In this document: positions 39,685 to 52,180 of the stretch, piece after piece | Layout of the letters: the number at the start of each line of letters is the position of its first letter | How positions within the stretch are numbered: the first letter of the stretch is position 1 | Assembly (NCBI GenBank): GCA_013239625.1 | Contig: MU054391.1 | Location: 5,601,824 to 5,665,823, forward strand | Source of the DNA: Lama guanicoe | Taxonomy: Eukaryota | Direction of reading: 5' to 3' | DNA length: 64,000 bases | The notes under the pieces: model-generated | Databases searched by the model: none | The model's input: only the letters and a program-made list of their open reading frames with translations | What the model was told of the DNA's origin: nothing | Position numbers and translations under genes: made by a program

Positions 39685-41904
39685 GATTTTCTTTTTAGAT
39701 CTCATCTCCATAGTGCCCTCTCAACAAAAGTTAGACGTGATGATCCCTCTGCACGGGTAAGTAAACTGCTGCTCAGGGAGGTTAAATTATCAGTCTAAAT
39801 TGGTAAGCTACAGAGTCAAGATTCAAAATCAGGTCTGCTGATTTCCAGTCGTCTTCTACTGCAATAAACAAGACTCTGCACTACCTACAATGGAAGATGA
39901 AAACTCCAGTGGTTGCTGGCCTGGGAACAATGTTTAGTTATCTGAGGCTCGTGGGTGGCTAAGTATACATCTGCTGGTGACTCAGCTGCTGATTTCATTT
40001 TCATGTAGAAGTCTCTGTTTTTTTACACTCAGTGCATCTGCAGGGAAAGAGTCCCTCCCCATCTCTTATCTGTTCCCTTTAATTAGTTACATGTCTGTCT
40101 CTCACCTCCTCTCCCCCCTCTGCTACTAGACTGTGACCTTCCAGTGGGCAGAGTTGCATTTGCTTTCCATGCCCCTGGTGACTCTGATCCATAGAAGGCA
40201 TTCAGTGAGGGCTTGCTTTGAGAGTGAGTCTGGGCCATCAAGGGGGACATTTCTAATACCAGCAATTGTTCGCACTGTGTGCTTACTTTGAACCCAACCA
40301 TATTTGAAATCACTAGAATGGTAACAAATTCACAGAGGAAAGCATACAAAGCAGAGCTGGATATTCTGCAGGTATTCCAGAAGCAGGGAGTACACCTGCT
40401 ATGCTGGGCACACTAAGAACCTGAAAGTTGGCCCTGAAGGTCCCTGAGCATCAGAGAAATGTCCTTAAGTTCTCAAGTTCTTGCACTAATGCTCACACAA
40501 GAAAAAGTGTGTGAGGAGCTCCCAGGAGCCCCCTACCCCTGACTCAGGCTCAATTTCCTATTAGTTCGCTCAACAAAATATTTGAGTCTACCATGTCCCT
40601 GACACTGCCTTAGGGGCTGGGATTTCAAAAAATGATTAAGACATAGTCGATGCCTACGAGGAGCTGAACGGAGGGCACAGAGGTGGGGCCCCCAAACCGC
40701 AGCTCAGGGAAGAGCCGGGAAGTTCTCCTTGTCTTTTCAGTTCTCAGATGCTCAGTGACCTGACGTCCCAGCCACCAAAATCTGGAAGTGACCACCGAGG
40801 TTTGGAAGGTAGGAATAGAATTACTCTGGGGAGACCCTCTGAAATCCACTCTGCCTTCCGATCAGATGATTCAGAGCAGAGGAAGAGCTGGGCTCTGGGG
40901 CCAGCCCGGGCCTGTCCCCATGGTCTGACCTAGGAGCCCATCTACCTCCAAGGTCTGTGCAAGGCAATCACTTGACAGGTGGAGACGACAAACCTACAAA
41001 AAGCTAATGAGAGAGCCCAGGAGGCTGGTGCCTTTTAGTGGAAGGGCGCACAACCCACGTGTCTCAGGCAGAGCTATGTACATAGCAGGGAGCCTTAATT
41101 ATCACAGAAATGTTCATTATGTTCTCATTTTTTGTTGTTGCTGAAGTCAGTTGTACACTATATATGTACATATATATGTCCGTCTGTATTTTTTAATGTT
41201 CAGAGTATTTGGATTTTTTTTAAGTTTTGGTACATAAAGCAACAGATCAGCACCCATTTCCCAAATTATGACTCATCTGCAGACAATTCAGGACAGTTGA
41301 ATGGATGAATGAACACAGAACAGTCGGAGAACAATGCACACAGGATCGATTGTGTGGCTCTCACAATAAGTGCTCTGGGAGTTGAGAACAGGGAGACATG
41401 AGTGTGGGCTGGAGGGGCTGCAGACGATGTCAGGCATCAGGAGGCTACAGGGAGAAAGGGATCACGACAGGAGATGGGAGAGCCACCCAGAGGACGATGG
41501 TCTGCACACCCGTCTTACCACCGCCCCGGTGGAGGCTTCTGGAAGGGCAGATGGCCACAGCAGCTCCTCTCTGTGCAGGAGTCAGCTCTGGGCAGGGCCG
41601 AACCCCAAGAAGGGGGCTCTGGACAAAATGCCGGCGTTCAGAACACCCGGGAAGGCTAGGCAGGCATCTGTGGCGCAGAACTGGCCTCTCTTCGGCCTCT
41701 TCCCTCTGCCAAAACCAGCTCCGCCACACGGGCAGCTGAACGAGTGCCTGCCGCGTTGGGGAGGTCGCTTGCATTTACCTCCTGGCCCCTTCAGCAGGGA
41801 CTGATCTTGTAGAAGAAAAACCAAAAAAAACTGCAAGTCTCACCTTGCTTTACTTTCCTGCTTCAAACCCTTCACTTCATTTAGCTACAACTCGACATAT
41901 CAGT

Positions 41905-42112
41905 CAGACTCAGAAGCCAGATGGCCTGAGTTCAAATCCTGGCTCCACTGCTCACTCGATATGTGATCCTGGCAGGTTAGCTTAATTCTCAGTGCCTCCG
42001 TTTCCCCACTTGTAAAACAGGGAGGATGATGATAATGAAACCTACTTCTTAGGATGTTAGGAGGATTCAATGAATTAATATTGGGAGGTGCTGTGAACAG
42101 TGTTTGTTAGAT
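41905..42112 (+). mobile_element. MIR
   Basis: cctgagttcaaatcctggctccact...gtgcctccgtttccccacttgtaaaacaggg...gaggattcaatga. Confidence 0.8.
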
Positions 42113-43679
42113 ACAGAAAATCAACCCTAAATCCTTAGGGTGACTCACAAGTCCCCCAGCGATCTCATCCCAACTTCTCTCCTGTCTGACCCCTTGGCTC
42201 CAGATCCTTCTTCTGCACTTTGGCCCCTTCTGAGCTTTGCTTCCCCCATCTCCTCTTTCCTCACATCTTCACCTGTTAACGTCTCATCTCCTGAGTCTGC
42301 AGAAATGACAGCTTCACGGGGCTGTTCTTAGGCTCCTCTCCCCTCCCAGCCAGGTGAGCTCCCCCTGTCCTGTGCTCTGCAAGCAGGAAACACAGGGCAT
42401 CACTCCCCCTGGGTCTGCTTCCCCGCTGGGCTGAAGGCACTAAGAAGGCCGGGCTGTGTCTCTGTGACTTGCCCGGGTAGCCCCAGTGCCTAGCAGAGTG
42501 GTTGGTGGATACACTGAGTACCAAGAAATTGACAACCGAATGCACAAATTAACAAGGGCTGAAAGGAGGAGTCATGGGCAAGTTCACATCAGCCACGGGA
42601 CAAGGTGAACTGAGGCTGTGGCTCAGGATGGTGGTGTTAGGCTCTGGTCGAGGTCCAGCCCCCAGCTGGAGGCACCCATGACTCTATCTGGAAGGGGCCG
42701 GAAGCTCCAAGAAGCCCCTGATGGCCTTCCTTCCCCTCAGTCCCATCCAGCTCTATAAACAAACTCCCAACTGCACGAAGCCCTGGTGATTAAGAGAGCC
42801 CAGTGAAGCAACCTTTGCAGAGGAAAGACCCTTTTGAATATGAACAACTCCCTTTATTTGTTTGGACAATTTCTCTTCTGGATTTCCTTAAAGTCAGGAT
42901 AAGCCCAGATAAGAGATTTGGGGGCATCATATATCTAAACAAAGTGCATAAAGATCTTTTCCATCCAAAGCCACCCCTAGAAGGGAGCAGATGCGGCCCT
43001 TCTCGGCTGTTAATACACCATGAGGTGCCTGGAGGCAGCAAGCGCTCTAATCAATGCCAAACAATCCCTGGCCGCTCTCCCTGCTCCCAGTTCTGAAACT
43101 CAGAGACAATTCTGAAACTCAGGCCAGTCAGACTGAGGGCTCAGGACCACTCTGAAGGACTGTATGGCAAGAGAATTTGCTGAAATGTGTTTACACAGAA
43201 TGCAGTAGTAGCAGCTGCGACAGCTGTCCCCCCTGGCTTCCTGAAATAGAGGGGGAAAGGCAGCAACCTGTTGCTCTTGAGCCAATGGATTTACAACACA
43301 AGCCCAAATAAAGAGATGAAAAACATACAGGAAGTCTGTGAAATGAGAACTTAGCTCGTTAGGCCAAAGCAAGCAGTCTGGGGTCTTTGAGAGAAAGTTT
43401 TAGCTGCACACAGGCAGCCCCTGAAGGGCTGGGGGTGGAAGGCCCATGTTGAAGCTCAGCCCAGAGGTGATGATGAGAGGTCAGGGATTTGGCAGCCGCC
43501 GGGCTCTCAGAGGTCTGGCCAGCCCAGATGGGACCATCACAGGATCCCCCAGGGTCCTCAGGGGCTTCATGCATAAAGGCATACTTAGCCACTTTATCTA
43601 GTAGGGGTTCAGGAAAATGTATGTTTCCCTTCCCCATCCTGAAGTCCAGGGACCCAGCTTGGTCCAGGTTAATTTCTAC

Positions 43680-44260
43680 ATCAGAGTCCTTAGTTGTAAG
43701 TAACAGAAACTGACTTCCATTGACTTAAATACAAGACCATTACTTCTCACCAATTGTGAGGAAGGCTGGTGAGCCAGGCCTCCAAAATGGTCGGGCACTG
43801 GGGAGAGTGTGAAGTGTGAACCATGGCCAACATCACACTGCAGACCTCGACCAGAGAGATTCCTGTTGCTTCTGCCATAGGACCCCAGGTGGCGGTCCCT
43901 ACTTGCACTGATTCTGTGAGCACCAGACCGTGGAGCCTAGACACTGGACCCTGCATTGAGTCCATCCTCCCTGAAATCCAAGGCAGCTTTGCTGCTGCCC
44001 CCAGAAAGAATTCTCCACAGTCCCTGCTTCTTTGGGTCACTGGTTCTAGATTCAAAATCCAAGTGGGTGGTGTCTGGCCAAACCTGAGTTAAGTGACACA
44101 TCTTACTACAAGACAAGCTGGGTGATGAGTATCTGGAATATATAGCTTCTAAAGAGGAAAGTGGGCTCTGCCCTCCTGAGGAGGATTCATAAGCTGGGGA
44201 ATTCCTCAAACAAAGGAAGGGACTTCTGATGCTGGGCAGCCCCCAAATAGCCCACATCCC
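43680..44260. mobile_element. Old MaLR LTR (MLT1J/K-like)
   Basis: agttgtaagtaacagaaactgact...gacttaa start; ctggccaaacctgagttaagtg internal motif. Confidence 0.45.
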
Positions 44261-44971
44261 TTCAATTATACCTGGGCTGCTGGTCTTCATGGTGGAGAAA
44301 AACAAAGCTGGAGCCTAGAAGAAGCCTTAGCTGGGTCTCATCTTTCTCTCTCTGGAAAAAAAGAGGGGGCAGTGCTTTGCTGTCGTTGACACCTTCACCT
44401 GGAAGGCTTGTCCCCACTCAAACTTGACCTCCTCCCAGATCCACACAGATTTCTCTCTTGTCCAAGATGCTATTCCACCTCTAGGTTGCATCATGCTTTT
44501 TAGCAATGAATTACTTCATTTATATATGTCTTGTAAAGCTCCCCCAGGATGAAGACAAAAATCTGATTCATTAAACAGTTAACAAACACTTATTGAGTGT
44601 CTGTGAGGCCTTGGGGAGACAAGGGGACAAAGACAGGGTCTGTGCCTTAGAGAAGGAGGTCATATCTGGTGCCAGGTATGGAGGTGTGAAGACTTCTGAC
44701 CCGGTTTAAATGTGTCTTAAAGATTAAGATGTTCTTGGCCACTGAAGGGAGGGCAAGCAGTGCACTCCAGAGAGAAACAGCACAGACAGAAGCAGGAGTC
44801 ATGAGAAGGTGTGGTGTGTCTGGGGAACAGAAGGGGTGGGACGTGGTGTGTGTGTGGCCCAGGCAAGGAAGTGGGGGGTAATGAAGAATGAGACCACCTT
44901 CTGAGGAGCCCTGAATGTCTTTCTGAGGAATGGATATTGTATCCTGAGACAGTCAGGAATCATCAGATACT

Positions 44972-45200
44972 CTATTTCTATTTATATTCTTATTCTGGTA
45001 AAATATATGTAACATACAATTGACCATTTTAATCATTTTGCAACGTACAGCTCAGTGGCATTAAGCACTTCTCATCATGGTGCACCGGTCGCCACCATCC
45101 ATCTCCAGAACTTTTTCATTTTCCCAAACTGAAACCCTGTGCCCATTAAACAACAGCTCTGCATTCCCTCTCTGGTAAACGCCATCTACTTTCTGTCTCT
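44972..45200 (-). mobile_element. L1MB-like 3' end with perfect 13-bp TSD
   Basis: TSD atcatcagatact at 44959-44971 and 45201-45213; antisense L1MB-type terminus. Confidence 0.82.
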
Positions 45201-45297
45201 ATCATCAGATACTTTTAAGCAAGAGAATGACTTGATGGAATTTTCTAGAAGGATCCCTCTGCATATAATATGGAGGATGGGTTAGAAAACTTAAGGT

Positions 45298-45377
45298 TGG
45301 GGGGAGAAAATAGCTCAGTGGTTAGAGTGCATGTGTAGCATGTACGAGGTCCTGGGTTCAATCCCTGGTACCTCTGT

Positions 45378-45408
<31 letters not shown>

Positions 45409-45435
45409 AACCCAAATTACCTGCCCTCCCCTTCC
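45298..45435 (+). mobile_element. tRNA-derived SINE (vic-1-like) with internal (TAAA)n
   Basis: TAGCTCAGTGGTTAGAG A box and GGTTCAATCCC B box; TSD acttaaggt at 45289-45297 and 45648-45656. Confidence 0.9.
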
Positions 45436-45482
45436 AGGAGAAGAAGGAGAAGGAGAAGGAGAAGGAGAAGAAGAAGAGGAAA

Positions 45483-45513
<31 letters not shown>

Positions 45514-45523
45514 AGAGGAAGAG

Positions 45524-45591
<68 letters not shown>

Positions 45592-45648
45592 AGAAGAAGA
45601 AGAAGAAGAGGAAGAGGAAGAGGAAGAGGAAGAGGAAGAGGAAGGAGA
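45436..45648 (+). repeat. Pure purine (GAA)n/(GAGGAA)n/(GGAGAA)n microsatellite, 213 bp
   Basis: Direct reading; no pyrimidine on the plus strand. Confidence 0.97.
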
Positions 45649-46149
45649 CTTAAGGTAGGAGGCAGTTGCAGAAACCAGAAGGCTTGAGGAGCCTGAATGA
45701 AGGCAATGGTGATGTGGCTGACGGGAGAAGAAAAGGTGAAAGACATTTCAGATATTGATCAGATGTAGGGGTCAATTACTCCAAGTCATCTCTTTCTATT
45801 TTCTTTTCTATATTGACCCCCACGCCTCTTCCTGTATAAGGAAAAGAGAGGATTTACAACACTGTAAAATTGATTTTTAAATAATCCTCTGACTCTCTTG
45901 GCTCACAAATATTTCAAAATCACAGCCTATATAGATGGCACAGTACAGCCTCACATCATTACTGTGGGTTGTGTATAATGACTTGGGGACAGATATGATC
46001 ATTGCACACTTTGATCAATTTTATTGAGGAGAAATAATTTACAAGAGTAATTTATGGTCATTAAATGTGCAGTGGCAATTCAGAACAGTTTCTGTACTAG
46101 GGAAAATTATCTGAAGCTTGCATTCAAAAGACAGCTGACTAGGCACAGG

Positions 46150-46332
46150 GTTGAAGTGGATCTCAGAAAACCTGGATTCCAGCCCAGTTCTGCCGTTCAC
46201 CAGCAGCATGGCCCCGGGCAAGTTACTAACCTCTTTGCATCTCTGTGTCCTCTTTCCTAAGGTGGTTGTTGATTAAATGAGCTGGTTTGTGTAAAGCACA
46301 GTAGTGTCTGACCTACAGTAAGTGCTCAGCTG
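46150..46332 (+). mobile_element. MIR
   Basis: cctggattccagcccagttctgcc...gggcaagttactaacctct...gtaagtgctcag. Confidence 0.65.
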
Positions 46333-47514
46333 TGCTGCATAGTGTGGTCCTGATGGTGATGAAGAGCATCTTCTCCTCAGAGGCCTCTTTCAGGCCGAAA
46401 CCCTGTGCTTTGCTGTTGTTCTTGGAGGGAGATGGAATTGTTCATTCTGGGTGGTTCTGAAAGGAAGGAGTCACTCTCTCCCTTCAGGGTCTCCCTCCCT
46501 CCCTGAAAACTCAGCCTCAGCTTTTCTGCAGAATAAAGACACTGCACATGATGTTTCTGCCAGCCTCATTCGCCACACTTCTCATTTCTTCTCCCAGCTT
46601 GCTCTGGTTCTGTATCACCCTGCCCAAGTCTTTCTAAGCAGCTGAGATGTTTCCTTTCCGGCCCCCATGATGTCGGAATCTCCCGCCGGGTCTGGGAGCA
46701 CAGGAGGTGGGAGAGTGAGGTCCTCCTGTCTCTCCCCTCCTTTGGACCACAGCGGGCTCCCCCTGCAGCTGGGCTCCCCCTGCCTGTTGTTTCTCAGAGC
46801 CTGCACACCAGCCTCTCTCTGCATTGGCTCTTGGAGCTCCCCTTTGGGTGCCCCTTTGAAAGGTGTATTCTGGGCACAGGGTCTCGTCTACAGCTTTAGA
46901 CAATGGGGCTTTCCCCTGGGAGGCTAGGCCGCAGGGACCAGCGGGACACCAGGACAAAGCATGGGCCAGTATGAACTCTGCAGAAGAGACTGGCAGGAGA
47001 TATGATGGATGACATGTGAGTTGGAGGCAGCTTTGCAACTCTCACAGATAGGAAATGGCTAACGCCTTGTCTGTCCCACGGGGCTAGGCTCTCTGCACCT
47101 GAGGGAGAACACGTGTTTGCCTCTTCAGGGTGTGTAGTTTCAGATCATTTGCTTTGTAGGCAAGATCCACAGGGCTGAGCATGTACCCAATTGACCAATT
47201 GATTAGAAAATCAAATATTTGTTGATGGAAAAAGCTTTAAGGTGCTTTAAAAAAATCGCTCATTGAAGTTAAACATCACAGATGCTAAAGATACTTTGGC
47301 TGGGAGGCTCAAGGTTCTGTATCACCCTATATAGTTTACTGTTCAGGTCCTTACATCTTGCAGGGTCTTTAAAAAGTGGTTTGTTGTTTACTACGTGCCA
47401 TGGTATTTCCCCAACTTGAGGGCAGGGACAGTGCTTGTCTCTCTCCCAGCACACAGTAAGTATTCCATAAATATTAATTCCAGGAATTTTTTATAGCAAA
47501 AATTATTCATTCCA

Positions 47515-47740
47515 TTTAGGATTAGCAGATATACACTACTATGTATAAAAGAGATAAACAACAAGGACCTACCATAGAGCACAGGGAACTATATTCAATT
47601 TCTTGTAATAGGCTATAGTGGAAAAGAATCTGAAAATATACACACATATATATGTATGTATGTGTATAACTGAATTGCTTTGTTATACACCTGAAACTAA
47701 CATTGTAAATCAACTACACTTCAATAAAAATACAATTTAG
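47515..47740 (+). mobile_element. 5'-truncated artiodactyl L1 3' end (~226 bp)
   Basis: Perfect TSD aaattattcattcca at 47500-47514 and 47741-47755. Confidence 0.9.
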
Positions 47741-48970
47741 AAATTATTCATTCCAGACAATTAAATTCAGAAACTCCTTCACTTAATCACAGCCACATAT
47801 GATTCCTTGATTTAAGCAGGTGAGACCCCATATGTGTCCGTTGGTGTCCTTGATTCCAAGGTAGCTGACTGATGGATGGGGGTGTGGTTGAGAAAGCATT
47901 AAAGGAATCAACACCACCAGAAGCCCTTTTCACGCACACCTTCACTTTCTAACCGTCTTCCTGGTTTCTGATGACAGCCAGTATTTGTCTGCCGTTCCTG
48001 GTGCAAGATTCTAGGCTCCTGACAGCTTTCATGGAAAAGTTCAGGCAGGAAAACCATTACACCCTCCAGGGTTCTTTTAAGGTGAGTTTCATCACTGGCC
48101 AGAATTTTGAAAACAAAGAGCTATTCTATTGGTTAGCAAGGAAGAATATTTCTGACAAACAAAAGTTCCTTCCAGCTCTGCTTTGCTGAGTCTAACTTGA
48201 ACTCTGTTTCCCTCAGACCAGGGCCCTCACTGTCTTTTGCTGGAAGGAGCTTTAGTGAGCATCTATTCCAGCTCTCCACCTTTGAATCATGAGGTCACAG
48301 GAGGTCACAGCAAGTCATGTGGGACCAATGGCAGACTGTGTGCCCTACGGCAATGGTGTGGGTTGTTGACATATTGAAACATGTCTCCTCCCAGGAGTAC
48401 ATAGCTGTGACCTCCAAGCCTCCCAAATGCCCCCCTGTTGCTCCAGCTCTTCCCTGGGACCCTACAGATTCCTCACATCCCTTTCTAGCCATCCCCTGGC
48501 CCAGCCCTGGGAGTAGGGGTAAGGAATCCAGCTCGGTAGACCCTGGACCCAGCTCATGGACCCCGCCATGCTGGGTGGTTAATTATTTTGGATATTACTC
48601 CTGGGCAATGGAACTTGGCTCCAGTGCACTACAGAGTTGTATGATGGGTTCACAACAGTGGAAACAGTGAGCTTTGCCTTAGGAGAGTGAAATCAGCTGC
48701 TGCTGTGGGAGATGTGATAGTGGGAGGCTAAGGACTACACAATGGCGCTTGAATATTGTCTGTGAGAAGCCATGGCTCTGCCTGCAGAGAACTGAGAGGC
48801 TGTGGCAGAAATGACTAGAGAGAGAGATGGAGAGAAGAGAGAATGATACTCTCTCATCTAAACCTCTCAGCCAGCTCTCCATCACACCAGGATAAACCCA
48901 AGACCCTAGGTGTAGCATCAAGCCCCTCCCCCACCTTGTTCTGGTCCTTGTCTACTTCTATCCTCACTTC

Positions 48971-49267
48971 TTTTTTTTTTTTAACATTTTTTTATTGATT
49001 TATAATCATTTTACAATGTTGTGTCAAATTCCAGTGTTCAGCACAATTTTTCACTCATTCATGGACATATACACACTCATTGTCACATTTTTTCTCTGTG
49101 AGTTATCATAACATTCTTTGTATATTTCCCTGTGCTATACAGTGTAATCTTGTTTATCTATTCTACAATTTTGAAATCACAGTCTATCCCTTCCCACCCT
49201 CCACCCCCCTGGTAACCACAAGTCTGTATTCTCTGTCTGTGAGTCTATTTCTGTCTTGTATACAGGA
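48971..49267 (-). mobile_element. L1 3' end with poly-T
   Basis: TSD ctcacttc(tttt) at 48963-48970 and 49268-49275. Confidence 0.85.
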
Positions 49268-49275
49268 CTCACTTC

Positions 49276-49475
49276 TTTTTTTAAAATTCTTTTTAATTAA
49301 TTTTTTTAAGCCAGCATTTTATTCTATTTGGGTTTTTTTTTCTTTTTTTTCTGGTGTGTGTGTGGAGGAGGTAATTAGGTTTATTTTAGAGGAAGTACTG
49401 GGGACTGAACCCAGGACCTCGTGCATGCTAAGCATGCACTCTACCACTCTACCACTTGAGCTATGCCCTCCCTCC
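49276..49475 (-). mobile_element. tRNA-derived SINE (vic-1-like), reverse orientation
   Basis: gtactggggactgaacccaggacctcgtgcatgctaagcatgcactctacc...gagctatgccctcc. Confidence 0.9.
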
Positions 49476-50540
49476 TCCACTCTTACTTCTGGCCATCCTT
49501 CTGGTCCCAGCCCGCACCTCTCCCTTCTCCCCTGGCTGTGTGCATGCTCCTCCCTCCACTCGGGATGTCCTGCTTCCTCTGTTGCTGCCCAGGATCTACC
49601 CATCCTCTAAGACCAATGTTCTTCTCTTTCAAACTTGCCTCCACCCTCTTCTAAACTACCCTGAGCCCAGGGCCACCCCTCACCCACATGGTGCCTTTGT
49701 AGGTTCAAGAAGAGAAATACCCCAGGAGGCACTACTGAGGCAGCTCCAGTAGTGCAGGTAGGCTCTGAGCCCCGCACTCCCTCACTGGAGGGCCAAGGGC
49801 AGGGCAGAGCTGCCCTGATATCACCCCCTCCCTGCACACTGGTACCCAGGCAGAACTCCGCTTCGCGTTTCCTGCCCTCTATTGCAATCGTGGTTCCCTT
49901 CCTGTGAACTCCCCAAAGGCAGGGCCCGTGATGTTTATTTCTGTGTCCCAAATTCCTAGCTGAGTAACTGGACCGCATGGTAGTTTGTCCACAAGTGTTT
50001 ACTTAAAGGAGAAAGAGAGCTGGAGGGACAGAGACGTGGCTGGTTTGAACTGAGATGGGCTGTGAGTGTAAAATACTCACCGGATTTCCTCCCCTGCCTG
50101 GTCCAACAGCGACTGGAGAGGCTGTTGGGAGGGCTGTTCCCCCTGCCCCAGCGAGGCCTGGGCTGGAGGCCTGCACCGCACTGGAGAGGCCTTTATGGAA
50201 GGCCCTCCTCCCTACCCATCACACTCATGGGGACACCAGACGTCTAGGAGGCCAAGTGCACGTGACAGAGGGCAGCCTCTTGGTGCCAGGCCTTACCCTG
50301 TACCTAGCATGCCGGCAGCATGGCATGGGCGAGAACGTTCCATCTTCCCACACTTGGCCTGGGCCCCAGGTGCCATGCTGGGGATCAATGGGATGTAGAC
50401 AGTGCCAACAGGAGTTTCTAGCTCTGGCTCTGTCAACTACTGCCTGCAGGACTTAGATAGTTGTTCCTTCCAAATTTGAACTTCCTCATCTCTAAAATAA
50501 ACTGGCCTCCCAGGCTGCTGCTGAGTAATTCTCCAGGCCG

Positions 50541-50707
50541 CTTCTTCTCCCCCTCCCTTCCTTCTTCCTTCTTCTTTCTCCTTCTTCCTTCTTTCTTCTT
50601 ACTCCTTCTTTCTTCTTTCTTCTTACTCCTACTTTCTTCTTTCTTCTCCTCCTTCTCCTCCTCCCCTTCCTTTTTTCTTCTTTCTCCTTTCTTCTCCTTC
50701 TTCTTCT
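50541..50707 (+). repeat. Polypyrimidine (CTT/CCT)n low-complexity tract
   Basis: Direct reading; only a few A interruptions. Confidence 0.92.
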
Positions 50708-50714
50708 GCCGCTA

Positions 50715-50980
50715 GATGTTCCTTGGGTTGTAGATGCATCATTCCACTCTCTGCCTCTGTTGTCACATGGCCATCTTCTCTGTGCATCTTTGTCTTCACA
50801 TGACATTCTCCTCTCTTATGACACCAGTCCTAGTGGATTAAGGACCCGTCCTACTTCAATATGACCTCATTTTAATTAATTACATCTACAATGCACTTAT
50901 TTCCAAATAAGGTCACATTCTGAGGTACTGGGGGTCAGGTTTCAGCATATTTTTTGGAGGGACGTAATTCGACCCAGAAC
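50715..50980 (-). mobile_element. MaLR LTR fragment (MLT1B/C-like)
   Basis: gacctcattttaattaattacatctaca...tatttccaaataaggtcacattctgaggtactggggg. Confidence 0.82.
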
Positions 50981-52138
50981 ATATCAGGAGGAGTTGAAAT
51001 CAAAGTCTCCCGCCTGCTCCCTGGTTTGGCTCCTTCCCTCTACTGGAAGCTCATCTTTCTCTCCTGTCAGCTACTCTCTCTAGGTTCTGGTAATCGTTTT
51101 TCCCCTTTGCCCTGGAACTGCATCCATCTCTCATTGATTGCCCTAAACCCTTGCCCACCACTTTGTAAATAGTTCTTAATTAAACTCTCCTTCAGTTTCC
51201 CAATTTGTGCACCTGTTTTCTGACACTGCGCCTTACTGTCCACCCACTTACCCATCCATCATCCATCCATTCACCCACCCATCCGTGTACTCTTCCGTTC
51301 TGCACAGTGCAGTTCATTGTGGATGTACAGCACAATCAGCCAACACTGAGCACTAGTGCTCTGGCCAGTACTAGGTCCTTTGCCAGGAATGTAGTAAGTA
51401 AAACAGTCCCTTTTCACCAGAAGCCAGTGATACAGTCCAGGGATAAGAATAAGATACACACGCCTTATTTCCTAATAGTTCTCTGCATCTAGTGGGGAAG
51501 AAAAAAAGCCTGGAGAATTACTCAGCGAGATTTGGAGACGACTCAGGAGCTTCTGGGCGTTGTTATTTTTAAATTTTGAAGTAGTCTGGGGCTGCAATCT
51601 TCTGTTTGTCTTCTAAGAGACAGAGAGACAGACCAGAGTCGATCATCAACATCTCCCTCTGAAGGTGGCTTCCTGATAGCCAGCTGTCCTGACCCTGTCC
51701 TGGGAGGACAGCTGACCCTGGGGCCCCTGAGCCAGCCCTCTCTTTGTTCTCTAGTCCCGCCTCCAGGGAGGCAAGCTCTGAGACACAGGAACAGAGCAAT
51801 CTGGATTCATGGCGAGACCCCTACACTGCCTCCTTTGAACAGTCCTCGGGTAACCTGGAAGGGGCTGAGCGGTGGGGCAGTGTCACAGAAGCCCACCAAG
51901 GGGCTGAGCCTGCTCCAAGGATGAGTCAAGTTGAGTCAACTCAGCCAGCCTCAGTTGAGTCCCCGGAACAGCAATTCATCGCTCCAGCCTTAGCAATCCA
52001 AGGATAAGACCCCAGCTTGCCCCCAGAGACCTCATCGTCTAGCTGTAATGAGATGGATGCGCAGCAAGTTCCAGGAGACTTGCCCAAGGTCATGCAGCCA
52101 GTCAGTAGGTGTTAGCTTTGACATAGGGGTGAAACTTG

Positions 52139-52141
<3 letters not shown>

Positions 52142-52179
<38 letters not shown>
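52142..52179. repeat. (TA)~19 microsatellite
   Basis: Direct reading. Confidence 0.97.

Positions 52180-52180
<1 letters not shown>

Larger units (their letters stand above)
44565..45770 (-). mobile_element. L2 relic interrupted by younger L1 and SINE insertions
   Basis: aacaaacacttattgagtg start; L2-like sequence resumes after each insertion (ttttaagcaagagaatgac; gcctgaatgaaggcaatgg). Confidence 0.6.

Noticed and set aside
45417..45746. Poly-Leu/Pro ORF (and similar ORFs at 50461-50806)
   Set aside because: Translations of simple repeats
51744..52007. 87-aa Ser/Glu/Gln-rich ORF
   Set aside because: Non-ATG start, no recognisable homology and no convincing exon structure; a tblastx search would be needed
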